Below the pieces are notes generated by a model. That model was not told where the DNA came from. It did no database searches and saw only the letters and a program-made list of their open reading frames with translations. DNA of 64,000 nt. It comes from a virus. Of this stretch, positions 55,440 to 63,656 are shown one piece after another (position 1 is the first letter of the stretch; each line of letters starts with the position of its first letter). The stretch is taken from positions 32,001 to 96,000 of IMG/VR virus record IMGVR_UViG_3300027749_000047; one strand, 5' to 3'. The position numbers and the translations under genes were made by a program.

Positions 55440-55578
55440 GATTGCTTTGTATTTTGTCTTAAGGTTTGTCCGGTCACATCCAAATCGTGACTGAGGTTAT
55501 CCTCCGAGACTGGGAGTGATTATCAGATCAAATCGTAATAATCACTAGTTATCGGGTAAAGGTCTCCCAACCCGATAC
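55440..55578 (-). ncRNA. Candidate structured leader/sRNA with four hairpins and pseudoknot potential
   Basis: Stems UAUCGGGU/ACCCGAUA, AGUGAUUAU/AUAAUCACU, GAGG/CCUC and GUCAC/GUGAC, between a strong promoter and a terminator. Confidence 0.55.
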
Positions 55579-55582
55579 ATCT

Positions 55583-55612
55583 ATTATACCACACATTTAC
55601 AACGGCTTGCAA
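55583..55612 (-). promoter_or_regulatory. Sigma70/SigA-type promoter TTGCAA-N18-TATAAT with extended -10
   Basis: Minus strand TTGCAAgccgttgtaaatgtgTGgTATAATaga. Confidence 0.75.
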
Positions 55613-55614
55613 CT

Positions 55615-55803
55615 TTATTTGAAAGTTTTTTCTAACTCTCTTAAAACATCTTTTTCTTCACGAGATAGTTTGAGTTTATCTCGGTAGTAGCCAGATGTTA
55701 CCGTTCGTGTAGAAAGCCAGGCGCGAACACCAGCAGTAATAGCTACTGATGAACCTAATGTAAGTAGTGCACCCATGTATTTAATGGTATCTAAATGTGT
55801 CAT
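55615..55803 (-). CDS. Small membrane protein
   Basis: One hydrophobic helix; coupled to the upstream gene. Confidence 0.55.
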   Translation of the reverse strand: MTHLDTIKYMGALLTLGSSVAITAGVRAWLSTRTVTSGYYRDKLKLSREEKDVLRELEKTFK

Positions 55804-56105
55804 TATTTGTCAACCACAGTCGGGCCTGTGTATCCGCTAATCTTTCGTGCAGCAACCTCAATGTTATTGATGTCGCCAATGTGGCTTAGTTCACACGTCT
55901 TATTCTTGTACAGTTCTCGTTCTTCGTACAAGATTTGATTCTCTGTGTCGTAGTCGTACAGAGATTTTAATAACTTTTGATTCTCAGCGTCACGTTCTAC
56001 AATTTCGCTAAGAAGTTTGTGGTTTTCTTCAACGCGGTAAAAACCGCCAATAACAATGCCTGTAAATAAAATTCCAAACATTTCTACATAACTAATGGCG
56101 TTCAT
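55803..56105 (-). CDS. Membrane-anchored coiled-coil protein
   Basis: ATG 56105 overlaps the upstream TGA; N-terminal TM. Confidence 0.6.
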   Translation of the reverse strand: MNAISYVEMFGILFTGIVIGGFYRVEENHKLLSEIVERDAENQKLLKSLYDYDTENQILYEERELYKNKTCELSHIGDINNIEVAARKISGYTGPTVVDK

Positions 56106-56281
56106 TTCTTGCCTTTCTCGTGCTTTTCTAAGTACGCCGTGCATAGGTTAGCAAAGCGTACATCAACGGGTTGACTTTCATCCTCTAGATGTACCAATAG
56201 TTCTTGGTTATCCATAAGAAGTTTAATTAAGTCTGCTTGCGACTTTTTTAGGGCATTTACAGCTTTTATTTTATTGAGCAT
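56102..56281 (-). CDS. Hypothetical protein (59 aa)
   Basis: Not in the ORF track: MLNKIKAVNALKKSQADLIKLL..EKGKK fills the operon gap with coupled ends. Confidence 0.55.
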   Translation of the reverse strand: MLNKIKAVNALKKSQADLIKLLMDNQELLVHLEDESQPVDVRFANLCTAYLEKHEKGKK

Positions 56282-57020
56282 TTAGCGACCTGTAGTTGAT
56301 TCGAGTGTTTCCATAAGATGATTGGTATTTAACAAATTCTTTGTCGTCACAAAAAACTTGTTGTATCAATTTTTCTTCGTTTGTGTAAGGGTTTTCTGAA
56401 ACGACTATGTGATACCTATGCTTATCGCAAAAACAAAGATTTGCTCTAATGTATTCGATAGCTGCTTTTTTAGTAAGAAACACACCCCAAAACTTTGCTT
56501 TAAACAAGCTAGAGTGTTTAGGTATGTCTAATGCTAAATAAGTTTTTGGTGGATCAATAACGTCAGACTCTAAAATGTCGTCAACAATTTTGATTGTAGG
56601 GCACGGATACTCAAGGTCGCACTCTACGCAAAAACCTTCTTCCTCTGTGTGCAGTTCATCTAACTTATCGACATGAAGTAAAACGTTATTAAACTTTTCG
56701 TTAATAGCAATTTCACGTTCAAATTTTCTTTCATTTCTTTCTTTTTGTTTTTGCCTCTTAGACTTGTGTGCAAAAGGATTGACATTGACTACTCGCTCAC
56801 CGATATTATTCGGACTACCAATAGAGTCCATGTAAGCGTTTGCAGCGTACGTACCTAATTGTTTTTCTACCGCACTGCGTAAACCTTCCGCATTACCTTC
56901 GGCTACTACCTTAGCAATATCTGAATTTTTTTCGGCGGCTTTTGCAAGTTCGGCAGCGATTTCTTTATACTCATCTGCGGTCAACAGAGTTATCGTTCTT
57001 AGATTAGTGTTTTTAATCAT
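56271..57020 (-). CDS. Hypothetical protein with CVEC..YPCPT motif
   Basis: Probable start at MIKNTNL (57020); the motif is a recurring small actinophage domain. Confidence 0.6.
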   Translation of the reverse strand: MIKNTNLRTITLLTADEYKEIAAELAKAAEKNSDIAKVVAEGNAEGLRSAVEKQLGTYAANAYMDSIGSPNNIGERVVNVNPFAHKSKRQKQKERNERKFEREIAINEKFNNVLLHVDKLDELHTEEEGFCVECDLEYPCPTIKIVDDILESDVIDPPKTYLALDIPKHSSLFKAKFWGVFLTKKAAIEYIRANLCFCDKHRYHIVVSENPYTNEEKLIQQVFCDDKEFVKYQSSYGNTRINYRSLNAQ

Positions 57021-57264
57021 CAGCGTTTTTCTCACATTCGTGTTTGATGCTGTAATCAAATTGGCAGTAGTAGCACTCCATTGTTTCACCACAGTTCTTG
57101 CACTCGTAGACAAACTGTTGCTCATCGCAGTGGATGATTGTATTGTCAAGAATCCAGTAGTAAGTGTTGTGGTCGATTGCATAATCAGGCATGTTCCTGG
57201 TGTCTGCATCTTTAATGGCGTCGTGCATTGCGTCGAGAGTTCCATGGTCAGCCATGCTGACCAC
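57013..57264 (-). CDS. Zinc-ribbon protein
   Basis: ECKNCG..ECYYCQ..HEC. Confidence 0.6.
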   Translation of the reverse strand: MVSMADHGTLDAMHDAIKDADTRNMPDYAIDHNTYYWILDNTIIHCDEQQFVYECKNCGETMECYYCQFDYSIKHECEKNADD

Positions 57265-57520
57265 TTACTTGCTTTTGTGTGTGCAAATCCGTATCCAGTT
57301 TGGTTAAGGCTTGCTCTAACTCTCTTGCTAATTTCCTTGCTTCGTTAAACGTCAATGACGTTATCAACTTGTCAAGGTGCGCGTGGTCTTGCCAGACATT
57401 TACTGTTATGTTAACAACACCCTCAACGTAACCGTCTGGCGTGAACATGGTGGCGGAAGTTACGTCAACCAACTTGGTGCGATCTGCTGCGCGTAGCATT
57501 TCTAATTTACGAATATTCAC
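57248..57520 (-). CDS. Hypothetical protein
   Basis: GTG start overlapping the upstream TGA. Confidence 0.55.
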   Translation of the reverse strand: MNIRKLEMLRAADRTKLVDVTSATMFTPDGYVEGVVNITVNVWQDHAHLDKLITSLTFNEARKLARELEQALTKLDTDLHTQKQVSGQHG

Positions 57521-58068
57521 TTGACTTCCTTTCGGCTTGGGTTGCTGATAGTCACAAAGCATTCCATGCATACGTAACCTTTTGGGTGTATTAGCAGGGA
57601 GTTTTCGTAATCGTCAGCAACTAGGCACTGGCCGCTGTTCATTGCCATAACGAAGCAGCCTTGGCAAACAGGACGAGTCTCAATGTAGTAGACCTGGTAC
57701 TGCTTTTCTGGCTCTTGCTTAGACAAGCTAAACAGGGCTTTGATAGAGCCTGTAACTAACTCAAACAAAAACGTAACGGCTTCGTTCACGACATCTGAAT
57801 TGTGCGGTAGCGTGTGATCAGGGCATTTGCAGCAATCAACACACAGATAGTCGCCGTCTTGAATGGTGTGCGGGCAAGCCCACTCATCAACACGCAGTAC
57901 ATTACATTCCTTGCACAATGGTGGCTTAATCACTTCTTGCTCCTTTGCGGGTTCAGGCATCAATTCTTTGATGTCAGATTTAACTAGGTGGTACAGGATG
58001 ACTAGCAGGACTGGCATGAGCACTAGCAGAAATGCACGTTCTAGGAACGTGGCGATGGTCCAGCCCAT
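57517..58068 (-). CDS. Membrane-anchored multi-Cys (Zn-finger-like) protein
   Basis: N-terminal TM, then CKEC, CVDCCKC, CQGC and CMEC. Confidence 0.6.
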   Translation of the reverse strand: MGWTIATFLERAFLLVLMPVLLVILYHLVKSDIKELMPEPAKEQEVIKPPLCKECNVLRVDEWACPHTIQDGDYLCVDCCKCPDHTLPHNSDVVNEAVTFLFELVTGSIKALFSLSKQEPEKQYQVYYIETRPVCQGCFVMAMNSGQCLVADDYENSLLIHPKGYVCMECFVTISNPSRKEVK

Positions 58069-58069
58069 G

Positions 58070-58309
58070 TTATTTACCTTCCTTGCATAAAGCGCAGTAA
58101 CTGCTGTTGTGGCGTTGCCCGCGCATGTGAGCGATGGTTTCTTCTTCGCGAAGCTTTTGCTGAGCCTCGCCAGCAGTTCCAAGTGCTACAAGTATTGACA
58201 TTGCTGTCTTTGCTGTAACACTGGCTGCCTTTTTTGCTGCTGCTTTAGCGTCAACACTTGGGGCGTCGACCTTAGAGCTACTGGTGTTTCCGGTTTTTGC
58301 TTTTGACAT
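58070..58309 (-). CDS. Small hypothetical protein
   Basis: AGGAG RBS; first gene after the promoter at 58395. Confidence 0.6.
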   Translation of the reverse strand: MSKAKTGNTSSSKVDAPSVDAKAAAKKAASVTAKTAMSILVALGTAGEAQQKLREEETIAHMRGQRHNSSYCALCKEGK

Positions 58310-58394
58310 GATTTTCTCCTGTAATGCAGAAACCCCCAAAACACGGTATTTTGGGGGTATTTTCAGGCAGCACAAATGCCGCTTGAATACTTCT

Positions 58395-58424
58395 ATTATA
58401 GCACACTTTGTGACCTTTATGCAA
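58395..58424 (-). promoter_or_regulatory. Sigma70/SigA-type promoter TTGCAT-N18-TATAAT with extended -10
   Basis: Minus strand TTGCATaaaggtcacaaagtgTGcTATAATaga, same design as the 55583-55612 promoter. Confidence 0.75.
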
Positions 58425-58460
58425 CACATAAAGGCAAAAAAATACCGATAGGCTAATAGA

Positions 58461-58525
58461 TACAGAAAGGCTGGTCTCTTTCTGTAGTAGGAAGGGCAGT
58501 TTTGCCGTGTTTCTGCCCTTCCTAC
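58461..58525 (-). terminator. Tandem hairpins after the DUF932 gene
   Basis: GTAGGAAGGGCAG/CTGCCCTTCCTAC (13 bp) and TACAGAAAG/CTTTCTGTA (9 bp). Confidence 0.7.
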
Positions 58526-58534
58526 GTCTATTTA

Positions 58535-59491
58535 TTACAGTTTAGCCAGAATAGAATGTGCTTCTTGCTTAGGGCTTTCCAAGCGAGTCAAAGTGCGCTT
58601 AATTAACGAATCAGTGGTCTTAAACTCATTAACATGATCGCACAACTCAATAGCAGCCTGCAAAATGCCCCATTTGGTACCAGAAATACCAGCACATGTA
58701 GGGCCTTCGTACAGTTTGCGTAACTGTGCACGCTTACCAGTTACATTGTCACGAATCCTTTCAGACATGTCGGTTGAGTATGGCAACCACAAATCCATAA
58801 AGTCTTCAAACATGTAATCGCTAGCGTTCTGTGTCGCAAAATGCTCAGCCATACGTTCCCAATGCTTAAAAGCACCCAAACTAGATTGAATGTGCATTCT
58901 TGCAGCCTCAATCTTGGTAGCCCAACTGCTGGTATGGCGAATAGTAAACGATGTCTTGTTGCTATCCATTTGCCGTTCAGCGATTGCTTGAGTATTAGCA
59001 CAAACAACCCGTACGGCTGTAGGGCCTAGCTTTAACCCACCCTGACCGTCGTGCCGTGAAATAAACACAAGGTAAGGGTATGTTTCTGACGGGTCATTCC
59101 GGACTTGGATTGGTTCGTCCAAGTACATTGTGGCGACAATTTGTCTTCCGCCATCTAAACTAACTAGCGTTTCAAACTTTAGATTGCTAGTTCCAGCGAT
59201 GTTTCCATCCAAGACATAATCGATAATATCGCCAAACTCAGAATTTCCAATAACAGTGTACGAATTCTTTTCAATAGAGAGAATAGAGCCTGTATCATTG
59301 CGTACAATCCGTTGCCAACCGGGGATAACACTGTGGTCATCATCAAATAACTCCTTTGTTTCAACTTCCCAGGTTAAACCTGCTTGTTTGCGTGCTTCTT
59401 CAAACGATCCTGGCCAATCGCCAATTACGTTGCCTAACTTGTGCCAGGCTGGTGTGCGGACAAACATTCCGCTATCAAATAAATGTGCCAT
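58535..59491 (-). CDS. DUF932 (phage/plasmid-like TIGR03299) family protein
   Basis: PAWHKLG..AGLTWEV..FETLVSLDGGRQI..HDG..TAVRVVCANT..RHT..WGILQA. Confidence 0.85.
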   Translation of the reverse strand: MAHLFDSGMFVRTPAWHKLGNVIGDWPGSFEEARKQAGLTWEVETKELFDDDHSVIPGWQRIVRNDTGSILSIEKNSYTVIGNSEFGDIIDYVLDGNIAGTSNLKFETLVSLDGGRQIVATMYLDEPIQVRNDPSETYPYLVFISRHDGQGGLKLGPTAVRVVCANTQAIAERQMDSNKTSFTIRHTSSWATKIEAARMHIQSSLGAFKHWERMAEHFATQNASDYMFEDFMDLWLPYSTDMSERIRDNVTGKRAQLRKLYEGPTCAGISGTKWGILQAAIELCDHVNEFKTTDSLIKRTLTRLESPKQEAHSILAKL

Positions 59492-59499
59492 GCTTTCTC

Positions 59500-59766
59500 C
59501 TACAGGCTTATTGTGTGTGTGTAGTCAAGACCTGCTTCTCGTAGCAAGTCGTTTGCGTATCTTTCGGCATCTGACCATGCGGTCTCTGTGTCAAAAGTTT
59601 TGATTTTTGTGATTTTTATTTCTTTAGGTTTACCAGTTGTTTTTACAATAGTGTACTTTCCAGCCACTCCTTCATTTGGCTCGTAGTAAACCTCAATTAG
59701 CATATCTCCAACTAATCTAGTTGCCGCTAATGTTCTCATCGGGTTGTTGTGTTCCTTCATATTCAC
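59500..59766 (-). CDS. Hypothetical protein
   Basis: Operon-packed ORF. Confidence 0.55.
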   Translation of the reverse strand: MNMKEHNNPMRTLAATRLVGDMLIEVYYEPNEGVAGKYTIVKTTGKPKEIKITKIKTFDTETAWSDAERYANDLLREAGLDYTHTISL

Positions 59767-60070
59767 CTTCTGGGGTTAATAAAACCCACATTCTGTGGAT
59801 AAGGTTAAGTGGTGTTGTGTGTGGCTCTTCCCATGAATGGACCATAAAACCATTCGCGTAAGATTTTTTGGGATTTAGATGAACGCTGTTTGTGCCTAAG
59901 TTGTGGCATTCATGGTGTAATGCTACGGCGTTCTCGATGTTGTTTGTGCCTCCTTGTGAGCGGAGTTTGCGGTGATGAGCTGCCCAACTTTCTGGTAAAT
60001 CACCACCGCAATACTCGCACATGCCTTTGCAGCGCTTGTAAAGCGCTTTTCGGTCAATACCTTTAGACAC
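59717..60070 (-). CDS. HNH endonuclease
   Basis: CEYCG..HHRKLRSQGG..NAVALHHECH. Confidence 0.85.
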   Translation of the reverse strand: MSKGIDRKALYKRCKGMCEYCGGDLPESWAAHHRKLRSQGGTNNIENAVALHHECHNLGTNSVHLNPKKSYANGFMVHSWEEPHTTPLNLIHRMWVLLTPEGEYEGTQQPDENISGN

Positions 60071-60407
60071 GCATACCGCTGTTTTTGTGGTCAGAATCGA
60101 TAGCGTACGACATTGTTCTTGCCGCTTCTACATTGTTCTTAAGGATTGAAAGGTGCATTGATAGTGCTTTGGTGTTTGCTTCTGCAAGTTTGGCATACAA
60201 ACGGTCATCGGCGCTTTCTAAAAATGCTTTGTTTTCTTTCTCAAAAACAGTTCCAGTTGCTGATAACCCTGCTTGAGACAGTTTTGTTCGATATTTTTGG
60301 TCAGCTAATACTTCTTCAACCAAAGCATCTTTGTAGTCTTGATATACCGCGGACTGTTCTAAAGTTACTTGCTCTAGATCATGCACGATACTGGTTTGTC
60401 GTATCAC
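60063..60407 (-). CDS. Hypothetical coiled-coil protein
   Basis: Operon-packed, helical. Confidence 0.6.
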   Translation of the reverse strand: MIRQTSIVHDLEQVTLEQSAVYQDYKDALVEEVLADQKYRTKLSQAGLSATGTVFEKENKAFLESADDRLYAKLAEANTKALSMHLSILKNNVEAARTMSYAIDSDHKNSGMRV

Positions 60408-60649
60408 TTCTTTTTTCCTAACTCTTTGGCTAGCTTAGCGATGATGGCCACAAGGTCGTCCACAATGTCTTCGTAGATAGAAGTTTTAGGGTCTTCTTGC
60501 GGGGTTGGCTTGTGAAAGTGCTCGTTTGCTTTGGCGTTACTATATGGTTTTTTTTCATTGTTATCGTGAAAAAACCAACTGGTGTCGCGCTTGCGTTCCT
60601 TTGGCACTTCGGGTAAGTTTGGTGGTGGAGTCGTGTTGTTCTCGTCCAT
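60404..60649 (-). CDS. Hypothetical protein
   Basis: RBS present; coupled to the next gene. Confidence 0.55.
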   Translation of the reverse strand: MDENNTTPPPNLPEVPKERKRDTSWFFHDNNEKKPYSNAKANEHFHKPTPQEDPKTSIYEDIVDDLVAIIAKLAKELGKKK

Positions 60650-60682
60650 TGCGGTTCTTTCTCCTTTGTGTGTGTTGAGTGG

Positions 60683-60712
60683 AAGGCCCCCTAGTTCTCT
60701 AGGGGGTCTTTT
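60683..60712. terminator. Hairpin/terminator
   Basis: AAGGCCCCCTAG-TTCT-CTAGGGGGTCTT followed by TT. Confidence 0.6.
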
Positions 60713-60842
60713 ACATTACTGCAGTTATCTTAATGTCTGAGCAATGATTTTCCAATTCTTGTTCGACTCTTTCAGAAGCCGTTTCAGGATCTGGAGCGTC
60801 AAGCGTTACTCGGACTATAGCCTCTACTTCATAAGTCGGCAT
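60711..60842 (-). CDS. Small hypothetical protein (43 aa)
   Basis: Not in the ORF track: AAGGAG RBS, MPTYEVEAIVRVTLDAPDPETASERVEQELENHCSDIKITAVM. Confidence 0.6.
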   Translation of the reverse strand: MPTYEVEAIVRVTLDAPDPETASERVEQELENHCSDIKITAVM

Positions 60843-60930
60843 TAATTTCTCCTTTTATTTCCTAGTGGTGTTCTTGACTTGACTTCCTTACTGTGTATGC
60901 TAGTAGTACACACTGACAGAAAGGTTACTG

Positions 60931-61155
60931 ATGGCACTCAGTCTTGACGTACCAGTTGTAAAGAAAGACAAAATCTGTTCTTTACAAAAACTTCGCAATA
61001 AATTAGATGTAGATGATCAAGCAATACTTGATAGCTGGATTGATGGAAAGGTAACACCTTACCGCATCTACATGGCTCTTAAACGAGACGGACATGCTAT
61101 CGGCAGACAAGTTGTCTACGAACATATGAATGGATGTTGTATCTGTGGCTCTTAA
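60931..61155 (+). CDS. Small hypothetical protein (possible HTH, C-terminal CCIC)
   Basis: First gene after a TTGACT..TATGCTAGTAG promoter-like sequence. Confidence 0.6.
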   Translation: MALSLDVPVVKKDKICSLQKLRNKLDVDDQAILDSWIDGKVTPYRIYMALKRDGHAIGRQVVYEHMNGCCICGS

Positions 61156-62332
61156 AGATTTTGTTGAAATGGGCCCTGGCAGCCCTGACCCTCGTGGCAA
61201 ACACCCAAACATTCCTAAAGGGTGGGAGCCACGTTTAGAGTATGACGAAGCGCAGGGTGGTTATCTTGTCACTAAACCCCGCGAGGTCAAACAAGACGAC
61301 CCAAGTTCTTTAGAAATCTTTGACCAATTTAATGTGAATCCTGATAAATGGAAAATCACTAATTTGCGCAGATCTACATGGCAAACATTTAGTGGCGAAT
61401 GGCTTGAATCTTTTAAAGCCACTTTTGTGCCGGTTACTCAGTTTAATGAGACACTTAGACTAGATGCAGACCAGTTAATTGAGGAAGTTAAGCGTCACAA
61501 ACCAAGTAAGCGCACAGCCCCCTCAGGAGACTTTACAGCCGTTTTTGCTGTGGGTGACACTCAGATAGGTAAAGTAGACGGCGGTGGCTCAGAGACCATT
61601 CTGAGGAACATGCTGACGCGTTTTGACGCCTCTAAAGACCGCCTGACTGATTATCGCAAATTAGGTTACGGTATTGGCGAAGTAGTTGCTCCGTGGTTGG
61701 GTGACTGTATTGAGGGTAATCAAAGTCAAAGCGGGAATGCTGCAGCAGCTGGTCGTATAGATTTGACAATTACAGAACAATACCGTGTGCTACGTCGAAC
61801 GATGATGTATCAGATTAAAGCCTTAGCGCCTATGGTTGAAAGGCTTATTATTCCTGTTATTCCAGGTAATCATGACGAAGCTGAGCGTAGGGGTGGGATT
61901 GTTCGGTCTTACACTGATTCTTGGGCTATCGAAGCTGGAGTTGCTGTAGCGGATGCTTGTGCGGCAAATCCAGAGGTTTACGGAAATGTATCGTTTATCT
62001 TTCCTCAGCCTGATGAGTTAACTGTCACTATGCAAACTAGCAATACTATTCTTGCTATGGCACATGGACACCAGTTTGGTAGAGATCCAATTAAATGGTG
62101 GCAAGCACAGTCGCACGGACGTCAACCTGTAGGCGAAGCGCACATTCTGTTAGGCGCTCATCTTCACCATCATAAAATGCAGGATAGTGGCCAAGACCGT
62201 GTGTTTATCCAGGTCCCTGCGCTTGATGGCGGGTCTACTTGGTTCAGGCATAGGCAAGGTGAAAGCGCTAAAGCAGGTCTGCTAACATTTGTTACATCAA
62301 ACGGCGCATGGCATGAAATGAGTATTTTGTAA
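61130..62332 (+). CDS. Calcineurin-like metallophosphoesterase (Mre11/SbcD-like fold)
   Basis: GDTQ, GDCIEG, GNHDE, HGHQ and AHLHH metal-binding motifs. Confidence 0.88.
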   Translation: MDVVSVALKDFVEMGPGSPDPRGKHPNIPKGWEPRLEYDEAQGGYLVTKPREVKQDDPSSLEIFDQFNVNPDKWKITNLRRSTWQTFSGEWLESFKATFVPVTQFNETLRLDADQLIEEVKRHKPSKRTAPSGDFTAVFAVGDTQIGKVDGGGSETILRNMLTRFDASKDRLTDYRKLGYGIGEVVAPWLGDCIEGNQSQSGNAAAAGRIDLTITEQYRVLRRTMMYQIKALAPMVERLIIPVIPGNHDEAERRGGIVRSYTDSWAIEAGVAVADACAANPEVYGNVSFIFPQPDELTVTMQTSNTILAMAHGHQFGRDPIKWWQAQSHGRQPVGEAHILLGAHLHHHKMQDSGQDRVFIQVPALDGGSTWFRHRQGESAKAGLLTFVTSNGAWHEMSIL

Positions 62333-62589
62333 TGGACCAAACAATCCTTGACGAAGCATGGGAACTAGTTAATGGAGATCGTCAAAGCGACTATGGCAAA
62401 GCTAAAACTAACATGAGCAGAACAGCCAAAATTTGGTCAGGTATTTTAGACATTGATGTGACACCTGAACAAGTGGCTTTATGTATGGCTGGTGTAAAAC
62501 TTGCTCGTACACAACAGGCATACAAGCGTGACAATGTTGTCGATGCTGTTGGTTATCTGCTTGTTTACGACAATGTTATTAGGTCATGA
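62332..62589 (+). CDS. DUF6378-like domain protein
   Basis: LDEAWELVNGDRQSDYG..RTAKIWS..VALCMAGVKLAR..DNVVDAVGY. Confidence 0.75.
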   Translation: MDQTILDEAWELVNGDRQSDYGKAKTNMSRTAKIWSGILDIDVTPEQVALCMAGVKLARTQQAYKRDNVVDAVGYLLVYDNVIRS

Positions 62590-62792
62590 GACGCCAAATT
62601 GTCATCAAACTTTTTGGTGATGAGATTGTCAATATTCTCATTGACGAAAGTGATGATGATGTTTTAGAAGAAACAGAAGATTCTGCGGAGCATTTGGGAT
62701 CTGTAGGTTCAGCAGATGTTTCTATCTCCGGGAAGAGTTCTGTTGGTTTTGGGTCTCCGTGGTCTGTGGAGTATTGGTCTGAAGAAGATTAA
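62586..62792 (+). CDS. Small acidic hypothetical protein
   Basis: ATGA coupling. Confidence 0.5.
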   Translation: MRRQIVIKLFGDEIVNILIDESDDDVLEETEDSAEHLGSVGSADVSISGKSSVGFGSPWSVEYWSEED

Positions 62793-62952
62793 CTCTGTGC
62801 TCTACCCATTCAACTTTTTGCACATCATAATCGTCATTAATGTTGTCGGATTTCCAACCACATCTACAACCCGCTGATTTCAGCACTGTTAAAACACCAT
62901 TTATTGGTTTAATTTGTATTGCTTGGTCGTAACGGCACTTTTTGTTAGCCAT
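62722..62952 (-). CDS. Small hypothetical protein at the end of the leftward tail-like module
   Basis: TAATG coupling; CRCGW motif. Confidence 0.55.
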   Translation of the reverse strand: MANKKCRYDQAIQIKPINGVLTVLKSAGCRCGWKSDNINDDYDVQKVEWVEHRVNLLQTNTPQTTETQNQQNSSRR

Positions 62953-63656
62953 TATGCCGCTTCGTAGATTCCACTAAAAACAATAAGGTCACTTGTGTTA
63001 CGTGTGTAGATAGCGCTTGTGATACCAGCGCGGTTAGCGTAAATAATTGATGGTGAAGCAGTTGTTGTAATGCTTAACAGCTGAGGAATAAATGTTGTTG
63101 TGCTGTTTGGCGAAATGATAAGGGCAGCAGTTGATGCTGTGCCTGTAAGTTGTGCTCTGCCTGTGCCTGACCAGTTGGTATCTAATGCTGTTACCGGAAG
63201 ACTGAGCACAAGAGACGTACTGCCGATAGTTGCTGTGGCTAGTGACCAACTACCTTTGAAATAGACTGTTTTGCCTATTTGTTTCCATTGTCCTACTGGG
63301 ACAGTGGCGCCTGTGGCCCAACTAGTACCTGTGACAGTTGGGTTGTAAGTTGTCCAAGCCGTGCGATCTACAGCCAAAGTAGAGCCAGATACACCGCCGA
63401 TAGTTGACGTCGAATCAATCGTTCCGGTTATGTTAGTGGCTGTTAGTTGTGCAAGATTTAATGACGCTGTTGCAGAGTTGTAATCCGCTAAGGTATCAAC
63501 TTGTAGTGGCGCTGCTACCCATTTGTTGTCTAGGTAAACAATGGTGTCATTAAGGTTCGGGCTTCCAGCGCTGATGTCGGTAATGTCGTTCAGTTCATGG
63601 ACATGCCCTGTTGCCGAGGATGTTGATGTTACTTTTCCTTGGTTTACTAAATCCAT
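62952..63656 (-). CDS. Tail fibre-like structural protein
   Basis: HVHELNDITDI..DTIVYLDNKWVA; AWTTYNPTVTG..GQWKQIGKTVYF beta domain typical of actinophage fibres. Confidence 0.7.
   Translation of the reverse strand: MDLVNQGKVTSTSSATGHVHELNDITDISAGSPNLNDTIVYLDNKWVAAPLQVDTLADYNSATASLNLAQLTATNITGTIDSTSTIGGVSGSTLAVDRTAWTTYNPTVTGTSWATGATVPVGQWKQIGKTVYFKGSWSLATATIGSTSLVLSLPVTALDTNWSGTGRAQLTGTASTAALIISPNSTTTFIPQLLSITTTASPSIIYANRAGITSAIYTRNTSDLIVFSGIYEAA

Noticed and set aside
55420-55472. c-di-GMP-I riboswitch (GGACAAACC...GACGCAAA on the minus strand)
   Set aside because: The intervening sequence cannot form the required P2 with a GNRA loop, and GACGCAAA lies in the terminator stem.
55500-55530. 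Hammerhead or HDV-like ribozyme in the structured leader
   Set aside because: CUGAUAA differs from CUGANGA, there is no GAAA core, and the helix order does not fit the HDV topology.
369-63249. The many antisense and alternate-frame ORFs in the six-frame track (e.g. 369..602, 5960..6271, 25092..25466, 46948..47289)
   Set aside because: They lie opposite or within well-supported genes, lack an RBS or recognisable motifs, and are explained by codon bias.
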